From the NCBI GenBank assembly GCA_001773255.1, contig MEWF01000014.1, positions 9,416 to 49,301 on the forward strand: DNA of 39,886 bases. The letters are read 5' to 3'. Numbering within the stretch: the first letter of the stretch is position 1; the number at the start of each line of letters is the position of its first letter. The position numbers and the translations under genes are program-made. This DNA is from a candidate division WWE3 bacterium RIFOXYC2_FULL_42_13. Lineage in GTDB: Bacteria; Patescibacteriota; WWE3; UBA101185; UBA10185. The notes under the pieces were generated by a model, which was not told the DNA's origin, ran no database searches, and saw only the letters and a program-made list of their open reading frames with translations. This document shows positions 18,296 through 25,893 of the stretch, piece after piece.

Positions 18296-18898
18296 ATGGC
18301 AAGATATACAGGACCAAAGTGTAGGTTATGCAGAAGAGAGGGTGTAAAACTGTACTTAAAAGGTTCAAGATGCGAGTCCGATAAGTGCGCGATAGCAAAA
18401 AAGGCCCAAGCTCCGGGACAACACGGAACCAGAAGAAAATCCGTCTCAGAATACGGCAAACAGCTGAGAGAAAAGCAAAAAGCCAAGAGAATTTACGGAA
18501 TTCTTGAGAAACAGTTCAAGAACTACGTTAACAAGGCTTTATCCTCAAAAGGGGTATCGGGCGAAATTTTAATGCAGTTACTGGAATCAAGACTGGATAA
18601 CATGGTCTACAGAAGCGGATTCGCGGTTTCACGGGCACAGGCCAGACAATTCATAAGAAGAGGTTTATTTAATGTCAATGACCGGGAAGTAAATATCCCG
18701 TCAAGAACACTTAAGATCGGGGACGTAATAAAACCAATAAGCTTCGAAAAAATACATTTGAGAGAGGGCATTGTACTACCGGAGTGGCTTGAGGCGAATA
18801 TTAAAGAAAGGTATGTAAAATATTCGAGACTTCCTATGCCGGAAGACACTCAGGAAAAAGTAGATGTGCAGGCAATTATAGAATTTTATTCCAGGTAA
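18296..18898 (+). CDS. rpsD: 30S ribosomal protein S4
   Basis: 200 aa (MARYTGPKCRLCRREG...YGKQLREKQK) with a C-terminal S4 RNA-binding domain. AGGAG lies upstream. Confidence 0.97.
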   Translation: MARYTGPKCRLCRREGVKLYLKGSRCESDKCAIAKKAQAPGQHGTRRKSVSEYGKQLREKQKAKRIYGILEKQFKNYVNKALSSKGVSGEILMQLLESRLDNMVYRSGFAVSRAQARQFIRRGLFNVNDREVNIPSRTLKIGDVIKPISFEKIHLREGIVLPEWLEANIKERYVKYSRLPMPEDTQEKVDVQAIIEFYSR

Positions 18899-18916
18899 TT
18901 TTTAAAGGAGGAAACG

Positions 18917-19837
18917 ATGATAGTCAGTAAAGAAAATTTAAAAATAAACCCGATAAAGGAAAGCAACGAGACTAGCACTTACTCCGTTGAGCCTCTTCCT
19001 ACAGGGTTCGGGCATACGCTCGGAAATGCATTGAGACGTGTATTGTTAACGGAAATAGAAGGTGCCGCGGTAACCCAAATAAAAATTGCGGGTGCATCTC
19101 ACCAGTTTACGACACTTCCCGGTGTTAAGGAGGATGTGGTCCAACTTACACTGAACGTAAAAAAACTGAGATTTAAAATACACACGGACAATCCCGTCGT
19201 CGCCACACTTAAGAAAAAAGGCGCAGGACCTATAACTGCAAAAGATCTGGAAATACCATCGGATCTCGAAATAATGAACAAGGATCTTCATTTAGCCACT
19301 CTCGCGGACTCAAAAAGCGAGTTGAACATTGAACTTATTGTAGAACCCGGTGTCGGATATTCCCCCATGGAAGAAAGACAGACCTCCAAAGTTGGGGTGA
19401 TTGTGCTTGACTCTCTGTTCTCACCTGTTTTGAACGTGACCTACGCCGTAGAGCCCACAAGGTTCGGAGATAAGACAGATCTCGACAAGTTGCTTATCAC
19501 CGTGGAGACCGACGGAAGTGTCTCTCCTAAACAGGCACTTGTTAAAGCCTCAGGAATTCTTAAAGGGTACTATGAATCTTTTGAGAAATGGGAACTTGAA
19601 ACCGATAAAAGCATCGAACCCGAAGAAGAAAACGCCGCTTTAATAGACGTTGAAGACGTAGCGGTTGACGAACTCCCCCTTCAAACAAGAACTATCAACG
19701 CCCTGAAAAAACACGGCATAGATACTTTAAAACAATTGGCCAAGAAGTCAGACGATGAAATCGCCGACATCAAAAATCTCGGGGAAAAATCACTCGAGGA
19801 GATAAAGAAACTTCTCAAGAAGGAAGGACTCAGATAA
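18917..19837 (+). CDS. rpoA: DNA-directed RNA polymerase subunit alpha
   Basis: 306 aa with an N-terminal assembly domain (GFGHTLGNALRRVLL) and a C-terminal helix-hairpin-helix alpha-CTD (LPLQTRTINALKKHGIDTLKQL). A strong AGGAGG SD precedes it. Confidence 0.97.
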   Translation: MIVSKENLKINPIKESNETSTYSVEPLPTGFGHTLGNALRRVLLTEIEGAAVTQIKIAGASHQFTTLPGVKEDVVQLTLNVKKLRFKIHTDNPVVATLKKKGAGPITAKDLEIPSDLEIMNKDLHLATLADSKSELNIELIVEPGVGYSPMEERQTSKVGVIVLDSLFSPVLNVTYAVEPTRFGDKTDLDKLLITVETDGSVSPKQALVKASGILKGYYESFEKWELETDKSIEPEEENAALIDVEDVAVDELPLQTRTINALKKHGIDTLKQLAKKSDDEIADIKNLGEKSLEEIKKLLKKEGLR

Positions 19838-19854
19838 GAAGGAGATCTTAGAAT

Positions 19855-20319
19855 ATGAGACACAGAGTAGCAAAGAAAAAAATGGGAAGACCCGAAGGAC
19901 ACAGAGGATCGCTCGAAAAAAATCTTGCTGTCAGCCTCATAATTCACGAGAAGATAGAGACCACGTTGGAAAAAGCCAAGTTTGTCAAACCTTTTGTTGA
20001 AAGAGTCATCACAAAAGCTAAAAAAGGCTTTTCCTCGTCCGACAAGATAATCGTGTTCAACACGGTAAAAGAACTTAGAAAAGCCATAGGCAATGAAGAA
20101 GCTATCAAGAAGCTTATGGATAATATCGCGGGTCGTTTTGAGAAAAGAGCCGGCGGTTACACAAGAATAATAAAGACCGGAAATAGGGACGGAGATAACG
20201 CTAATACGGCAAGAATTGAACTCTTACCGGCCGAGAAAAAGGCAGAAACTCCTAAAGTTGAAAAGAAAAAGTCAGTAAGCAAAAAGACAGAAAAGAAAGA
20301 AAAGAAAAATGATAAATAA
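19855..20319 (+). CDS. rplQ: 50S ribosomal protein L17 (Lys-rich C-terminal extension)
   Basis: 154 aa (MRHRVAKKKMGRPEGHR...GGYTRI) with the tail AEKKAETPKVEKKKSVSKKTEKKEKKNDK. It overlaps the rplM start by 11 nt. Confidence 0.96.
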   Translation: MRHRVAKKKMGRPEGHRGSLEKNLAVSLIIHEKIETTLEKAKFVKPFVERVITKAKKGFSSSDKIIVFNTVKELRKAIGNEEAIKKLMDNIAGRFEKRAGGYTRIIKTGNRDGDNANTARIELLPAEKKAETPKVEKKKSVSKKTEKKEKKNDK

Positions 20320-20731
20320 AACTACACCGGCTAAAAAAACGCAGAATAGAAAATGGTATTTCTACGATGCCACAAATAAAGTGCTGGGAATGTTGGCAGC
20401 CGATATTGCAAAAATCCTGATCGGTAAAAACAATCCTGAATTCTCACCTAATCAGAATACGGGCGGGATTGTTGTAGTTACCAATGCAGAAAAAATAGCG
20501 TTGACCGGCAACAAAATGAAAAAGAAGGTATACATGCACCACACAGGATTCCCCAAAGGTCTCAGAGAAGAAAAGATCGAGAAGATCCTCGAAAAGAATC
20601 CTACACAGATATTAGTAAAAGCCGTAACCGGAATGCTTCCAAAAAACAGATTACGAAGCGAAAGATTAACAAATTTGCACGTATACGCAGGCCCCGAACA
20701 TCCTCACAAGGCTCAGGAAACGGTAAAATAG
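20309..20731 (+). CDS. rplM: 50S ribosomal protein L13
   Basis: 140 aa (KWYFYDATNKVLGMLA...YMHHTGFPKGL...LPKNRL). Confidence 0.96.
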   Translation: MINKTTPAKKTQNRKWYFYDATNKVLGMLAADIAKILIGKNNPEFSPNQNTGGIVVVTNAEKIALTGNKMKKKVYMHHTGFPKGLREEKIEKILEKNPTQILVKAVTGMLPKNRLRSERLTNLHVYAGPEHPHKAQETVK

Positions 20732-20766
20732 GAGCATTTGAGAATACTCAAAAAGGTGAAATAAAT

Positions 20767-21201
20767 ATGGCAAAAGAAAAAGCACAGGAAAAGACAAAAA
20801 TAGAACCCAAATTCTTCGCAGGCACCGGCCGCAGAAAAACAGCGGTCGCCAGGGTATTTATGTGGGACGAAAAAGGGGATATTACGGTAAACGGCATGGA
20901 TATAAATGATTACTTTCCTTCAGAAAAAGAGCAGATAGCTTGGACAAGACCTTTTCACATACTCGGAGTCTCCCATCCGAAAGCCAAATTCAAGGCCAGC
21001 ATAAAAGTAGCGGGTTCCGGTAAATCGTCCCAGCTGGGAGCAGTAGCGCACGGAATTTCCGTTGCTCTCGCGCTAATGAACGAAGAATACTCCGTAATGC
21101 TACATAAACAGGGACTTATGACCAGAGACTCAAGAATGGTCGAAAGAAAGAAACCTAACCTGCACAAAGCAAGAAAAGCTTCGCAATATTCAAAGCGTTA
21201 A
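20767..21201 (+). CDS. rpsI: 30S ribosomal protein S9
   Basis: 144 aa (GTGRRKTAVARVFM...GGGKSSQ-like GSGKSSQLGAVAHGISVAL...C-terminal YSKR). Confidence 0.96.
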   Translation: MAKEKAQEKTKIEPKFFAGTGRRKTAVARVFMWDEKGDITVNGMDINDYFPSEKEQIAWTRPFHILGVSHPKAKFKASIKVAGSGKSSQLGAVAHGISVALALMNEEYSVMLHKQGLMTRDSRMVERKKPNLHKARKASQYSKR

Positions 21202-21473
21202 TTTTCGGCTAAAACTTTTTCCAGACTTTCTACAAAGGTTTTTATGGAGATTATTTGGTCCCGCAGCTTACACTTTTCTATTTTGTTCATGTAGAGTATC
21301 GGAGTTGAAAAAATTTCCGAAATCGCGTTGATTATTTTTTCCGGCGGTACTGCACGTCCGGTCTCGTAAGCTGAAACCGTCTTCCCTGAAACACCTATCT
21401 TTTTTCCAAACCTATATTGGGATAGTTTGAACGAACTGCGTATATCTCTTATCTTTACACCAATTTCGGACAT
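21198..21473 (-). CDS. XRE-family helix-turn-helix transcriptional regulator
   Basis: 91 aa with an N-terminal HTH (IRDIRSSFKLSQYRFGKKIGVSGKTVSAYETGRAVPP) and a short helical C-terminus. It is divergent from radC and shares a palindromic intergenic site with it. Confidence 0.85.
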   Translation of the reverse strand: MSEIGVKIRDIRSSFKLSQYRFGKKIGVSGKTVSAYETGRAVPPEKIINAISEIFSTPILYMNKIEKCKLRDQIISIKTFVESLEKVLAEN

Positions 21474-21488
21474 ATATAGTGTGAGTAG

Positions 21489-21528
21489 AATTTAACATAT
21501 TGTAATGTACATTGCAATAACCTAGATT
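21489..21528. promoter_or_regulatory. Overlapping divergent promoters (xre and radC) built around a 20-bp near-perfect palindrome (21499..21518)
   Basis: The palindrome is ATTGTAATGT|ACATTGCAAT, with 9 of 10 arm positions complementary. On the plus strand, TTGTAA (21500..05), 17 nt, TAGATT (21523..28), then 7 nt to the radC ATG. On the minus strand, TTGCAA (21517..12), 17 nt, TAAATT (21494..89), then 15 nt to the xre ATG. The two -35 hexamers are the two palindrome arms. Confidence 0.5.
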
Positions 21529-21535
21529 ATATTCT

Positions 21536-22225
21536 ATGAATATTCTCTCATTACCTGAAGACGACAGACCCCGCGAGAAACTTTTGAGTTCGGGCCCGGG
21601 TACAATGTCGGACGCCGAACTGATTGCCATAATCCTTTCCAGCGGTGGAAAAGGACAATCTGTTCTTGAGCTATCCCAAAGTCTTATAAAGGAAGCGGAA
21701 ACGCTGACCGAACTTTTAAACTTCCCTATTCAAAAATTGATCGAACACAAAAACCTGGGCGAGGCCAAGGCGGTTAAACTTGCAGCGGTAAAAGAAATGG
21801 CAGCAAGGTACAACAACAAAAGTAAAGATATCGTCAGGATATCGGCACCCGGGGACGCGTACGACTATATCAAATCAAGCCTTTCAGGAAAAGAAACCGA
21901 ACATTTATATTTAATCACCCTTAACGCAAGAAATACCGTTATCAATAAAAATCTGATCTCGGTAGGTACCGTCAACGAAACTTTGATACACCCGAGAGAA
22001 ATAATAAAAGTAGCTGTAATGAACAACGCTGTTTCAATAATTTTGGTCCATAACCATCCGTCAGGAGAACCTTATCCGAGCTCTGAAGATATAAAAGTAA
22101 CCCAAAGGCTCGAAAGTGCCTGCAAGATTGTAGGAATCGGTTTTACCGATCACCTTATCGTGTGTGACAGCTCTTTTTCCAGCATGAGAGCACAAAATTT
22201 ATTGGGAGGGGGTGAAAAAAATTGA
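21536..22225 (+). CDS. radC: RadC-like JAB/MPN-domain protein
   Basis: 229 aa with an N-terminal HhH-like region (RPREKLLSSGPGTMSDAELIAIIL) and the C-terminal JAMM motif HNHPSGEPYPSSEDIKVT. Confidence 0.93.
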   Translation: MNILSLPEDDRPREKLLSSGPGTMSDAELIAIILSSGGKGQSVLELSQSLIKEAETLTELLNFPIQKLIEHKNLGEAKAVKLAAVKEMAARYNNKSKDIVRISAPGDAYDYIKSSLSGKETEHLYLITLNARNTVINKNLISVGTVNETLIHPREIIKVAVMNNAVSIILVHNHPSGEPYPSSEDIKVTQRLESACKIVGIGFTDHLIVCDSSFSSMRAQNLLGGGEKN

Positions 22226-22815
22226 AATTAAACAAAAAAAGTTTGCCACTTTACTTGGCAGGACTCGGTATAGTAATCAGTTTGGTTGCGGGAGTAACCT
22301 TCGCAGCTTTCACCGACAAAGCAAAGGTAATGGGCTCAACATTTTCTGTAGGAAGTGCCGACCTTAGATTTTTAGAGGACATGCCCAAAGGTACAGATCC
22401 TACGAACCTTGTCGATGAGATTCCCGGTCCGACATTCGGAAATATCGGACAAACCTGGTCAGCTGACTACCCTGTTAAACTGATCAACAACGGAACTTCG
22501 GGCATTACGATAGCATCGCGCGCATACTACGAAACCGTAAACGACCCCGCCGAATTAAGATCCGACATTAACGTAGAAATTTTCGAGTGGAACGATGCCA
22601 ACGTCAACGGTGTACTGGATCCAGGAGAAGTAGGCATGAGCCTGGGCAAGAAAACAATATTAAAATGGAAAACCGAGGGTTTGGGGGTGGGACAAATTAA
22701 CCCGGGACAGGTTCGGGCCTTAGTGCTTAGGTTCTCCACGGAAAATTTAAGCAGCACAAAACAGGGCAAATCCGCCTTGTTCGATTTTGAGTTTGAATCC
22801 GCACAGATGTATTAG
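22222..22815 (+). CDS. TasA/camelysin-family secreted protein with a SipW-type signal peptide
   Basis: 197 aa with a TTG start preceded by GGGAGGGGGTGA. The N-terminus KKSLPLYLAGLGIVISLVAGVTFAAFTDKA matches the SipW-dependent signal class (B. subtilis TasA has ...GGGTWAAFND). STFSVGSADL follows, compared with ATFASGTLDL in TasA. The C-terminus SALFDFEFESAQ compares with SIKLQFSFEATQ. Confidence 0.85.
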   Translation: MKLNKKSLPLYLAGLGIVISLVAGVTFAAFTDKAKVMGSTFSVGSADLRFLEDMPKGTDPTNLVDEIPGPTFGNIGQTWSADYPVKLINNGTSGITIASRAYYETVNDPAELRSDINVEIFEWNDANVNGVLDPGEVGMSLGKKTILKWKTEGLGVGQINPGQVRALVLRFSTENLSSTKQGKSALFDFEFESAQMY

Positions 22816-22880
22816 TTGATACAAGCGGGTTCGGAGGTAACATCACGGACAGGTACTACTTAAGCATACTTATATTTTTA

Positions 22881-23285
22881 TTGGTGGGAACAGCCAGATT
22901 AGCCGGAGTTTCACTCTTTTACGTTGTCACGGGTTCCATGAAACCCGCCGCCGATAAGGGAGACGTGGTCATAACTGTACCTGTCCGCAAAATAAAAAAC
23001 GGAGATATAATCTCTTCCAAGCAAAACGGGGTTGTTACAACACACCGTGTCGTAGAAATCCGGAGATCCCCTGCCGGGGTATATTTTGAAACAAAAGGGG
23101 ACAACAACGAAAATGAAGATCCTTTTCCGGTCTCGGAAAGGGAAATATTAGGAAAGGTGGTCTTTATTGTTCCCTCCGGCCGAATATTCAACGAGAATTA
23201 TATTCCGGTTTTATATTGGCTTCTGGGGTATACATTCGGTTTATTCATTTACGAGATCCGTGTACAAAAGGCACCCCAAGTCTGA
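22881..23285 (+). CDS. sipW: SipW-type (archaeal/ER-type, S26B) signal peptidase; the true start is probably upstream of the TTG in the track
   Basis: Catalytic boxes TGSMKP, TTHRVVE and KGDNNENED, plus a C-terminal TM helix. The frame stays open back to 22797 and encodes the missing N-terminal anchor (DRYYLSILIFLL) without any ATG, GTG or TTG; see findings. Confidence 0.85.
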   Translation: MVGTARLAGVSLFYVVTGSMKPAADKGDVVITVPVRKIKNGDIISSKQNGVVTTHRVVEIRRSPAGVYFETKGDNNENEDPFPVSEREILGKVVFIVPSGRIFNENYIPVLYWLLGYTFGLFIYEIRVQKAPQV

Positions 23286-23297
23286 TATTCTTATGTT

Positions 23298-25865
23298 ATG
23301 AAGTCTCTGCCCAGACTACCTCACGAATTTATAATATGGTGGTTCCTGAAAGCTCCGCGCAGGATACTTAAAATATCTTCCCGCCTAATCACGCTTACTA
23401 ACAGCCAGATTTCTTTCACTACAAACATCAGAATATTATTTGTGCCCCTCTTCGGTGACTATACTCTGGTCGGAAGATTTATAGGGTTTTTTATAAGGGT
23501 TGTGTGGACAGTGTTAGGTCTGGTGTTTTTCTTAATTCTCTTACCTGCAAGTGCCCTTTTTCCGGTCGCGTGGTACCTAGCTCCGGCGTTCTTGTATAAA
23601 TTCGCAGGCCCTGCCCATGCTCTAGCTTATGTTTTGGCAGTTTATCTTTTGTACTTACTGGGAAACAGGGATACCCCCAGAATCAGGGTGAACAAGAACA
23701 CTAAAGAAAACTTTCAAGCCAGTTCCAGAAAAAACGTGCTGACAGCCCTGGAGAGATTGGATTCGGAGCAAAGTTCCGGTATTAAGTGGCTCTTCGGTCT
23801 CCCCCAAGTCGAAAAAATATTCAGACGCTCGGAAATAAATAAGGATCTCCTCTTCGATAAACTAAGATCAGCACCCTCCATACAAATTGCGACGCTCGGA
23901 CAGGCAGCCTTCGCAGACTCCCTAAGGTTTAAGTCCAAATATATTGAGGTGGAACATCTCCTGCTCGCCCTGCTTAATAATATACCGAAGATCGATATCA
24001 TACTTTCCTCGCTTAACTCATCCATAAAAAGTGTCGAGGGAAGTATCGAATGGGAAAACGACAAAAGAAATGAAAAAGATAAAATCTTCCTCTGGCAGGA
24101 TGACTATGAACTTATGTTTACAGGAGGATTCGGAAAGGGAATGCTGGGGAGGGTAACACCTAATCTCGACGCCGTTTCACGCGATTACACCAAAGAAATA
24201 GCTTTGGGAAGGTATAAAAAAATCCTCGGACGCGAAACCGATATTAAGACTATCGCGCAGATCCTGAGCGGCTCCAAAGAAAATGTCTTAATTATCGGCG
24301 AACCGGGAAGCGGAAAAACTACGCTGGTAAGGGGCATTGCACAGCGGATTATGGAGGGAAACGAATACAGGTCTCTCAGCAACCACAGGCTAGTCGGTTT
24401 GGACGTCGGGGGTCTCATCTCAGGCGCAACATCGCCGGGAAAAATCGCCGAAAACCTTAAAAAAGTTATGGATGAGGTAAGAGGCTCGGGAGATATTATT
24501 CTGTTCATCGATGAGATACACAACCTCGTAGCAGGCGCTGGGGATACTGACGCAGAAACATCAAAAATCTACACAATGCTCGAGCCCCATCTTGCAAATG
24601 ACAAAATAAAATTTATCGGAGCCACAACCGTTTCCAATTACAGAAAGTATATCGAACCGAATGGAGCGTTCGCCCGTCTTTTTCATTTAGTCCAAATAGA
24701 CGAGCTTCCTAAAGACACTACGATAAAAATACTTGAGGCCAAGGCGGACAAGTTGGAAAACAAGAACAACATGTTGGTAACATACCCCGCTCTGGTCAAG
24801 ACCGTGGAATTATCGGAAAAATTGATGCACGAACGTGTCCTTCCCGATAAAGCTATAGATATTTTGAACAGAACTTCCACAAAAGTAGGGGGCGGTTCCG
24901 GGATGTTAACATCTTCCGACATTGCAGCCGAGATAGCGGAAATGACCAAGATCCCCGTCGAAACCGTGACCCAAGACGAAGCCCAAAAACTGCTCTCCAT
25001 AGAGGAAACGATGAAAACGACGGTAATCGGACAGGATGAGGCTGTAAGACAGATATCCACGGCTCTCAGGCGTGCCCGTGCGGGGATACGCGATGAGAAT
25101 AAACCCATTGCCAGCTTTTTATTTGTAGGAACAACCGGTATTGGAAAAACCCAAACCGCAAAAGCACTGGCCAAACATTATTTCGGCAACGAGATCAATA
25201 TGATCAGGCTGGACATGAGCGAATACCAGCAGGTGGACAGCATCAACAGATTGTTGGGAGATGTAAATGGGAACAGTAAAGGTTTACTGACCGAAATGGT
25301 GCGCACAAAACCCTTCGCGTTAATACTTCTCGATGAGATCGAAAAAGCGCATCCGAACATTCTTCTCACCTTTTTGCAGGTTCTTGACGAAGGAAAACTT
25401 ACCGATAACTCGGGGATGGAAATTGATTTCACTAACACGATAATAATTGCTACCAGCAATGTCGGAACAAAATCCATACAACAGGTTTTTGCAGAACACG
25501 GAACTTTGGAAAAAATGAGAGAACGGGCACTGGCGGATGTCCGGGAAAAATTTGCCCCGGAATTTTTAAACAGATTCTCGGGAATAATCGTTTTCAACCC
25601 TCTTACGGAGCAGAACGTAAGAGATATAACTTTACTTATGCTCGATAAGGTCCGGGGGCTCACCGCGGAAAAAGGTATCAGTGTCAGATTTAAACAGGAA
25701 CTGGTCGACGTACTTTCAAAAAGAGGGTATTCCCCCGAATGGGGAGCCAGGCCGTTGGCGCGCCTTATTGAGGATACCGTAGAAACGTATATAGCCACCA
25801 AAATGCTTAAAAAAGAGATCAACCCGGGTGACCAAATAATGCTCGGGACAGAAGCAGTGGATTGA
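23298..25865 (+). CDS. Clp/Hsp100-type double-AAA+ ATPase (ClpA-like layout) with an N-terminal hydrophobic membrane module
   Basis: 855 aa. Residues ~55-125 form 2-3 hydrophobic helices ([57 protein letters not shown]). A single Clp_N-like repeat follows ([11 protein letters not shown]). D1 has GEPGSGKTT and ILFIDEIH. D2 has [27 protein letters not shown] and [11 protein letters not shown]. There is no long coiled-coil M-domain. Confidence 0.85.
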   Translation: MKSLPRLPHEFIIWWFLKAPRRILKISSRLITLTNSQISFTTNIRILFVPLFGDYTLVGRFIGFFIRVVWTVLGLVFFLILLPASALFPVAWYLAPAFLYKFAGPAHALAYVLAVYLLYLLGNRDTPRIRVNKNTKENFQASSRKNVLTALERLDSEQSSGIKWLFGLPQVEKIFRRSEINKDLLFDKLRSAPSIQIATLGQAAFADSLRFKSKYIEVEHLLLALLNNIPKIDIILSSLNSSIKSVEGSIEWENDKRNEKDKIFLWQDDYELMFTGGFGKGMLGRVTPNLDAVSRDYTKEIALGRYKKILGRETDIKTIAQILSGSKENVLIIGEPGSGKTTLVRGIAQRIMEGNEYRSLSNHRLVGLDVGGLISGATSPGKIAENLKKVMDEVRGSGDIILFIDEIHNLVAGAGDTDAETSKIYTMLEPHLANDKIKFIGATTVSNYRKYIEPNGAFARLFHLVQIDELPKDTTIKILEAKADKLENKNNMLVTYPALVKTVELSEKLMHERVLPDKAIDILNRTSTKVGGGSGMLTSSDIAAEIAEMTKIPVETVTQDEAQKLLSIEETMKTTVIGQDEAVRQISTALRRARAGIRDENKPIASFLFVGTTGIGKTQTAKALAKHYFGNEINMIRLDMSEYQQVDSINRLLGDVNGNSKGLLTEMVRTKPFALILLDEIEKAHPNILLTFLQVLDEGKLTDNSGMEIDFTNTIIIATSNVGTKSIQQVFAEHGTLEKMRERALADVREKFAPEFLNRFSGIIVFNPLTEQNVRDITLLMLDKVRGLTAEKGISVRFKQELVDVLSKRGYSPEWGARPLARLIEDTVETYIATKMLKKEINPGDQIMLGTEAVD

Positions 25866-25875
25866 ACAAAGCCGG

Positions 25876-25884
25876 TGGTATAAT
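25876..25884 (+). promoter_or_regulatory. Extended -10 (TGgTATAAT), 9 nt upstream of the prfB ATG
   Basis: TGGTATAAT at 25876..25884, then ctcatagtt, then the ATG at 25894. No SD is present. It sits in the 28-nt gap after the Clp-like stop. Confidence 0.45.
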
Positions 25885-25893
25885 CTCATAGTT

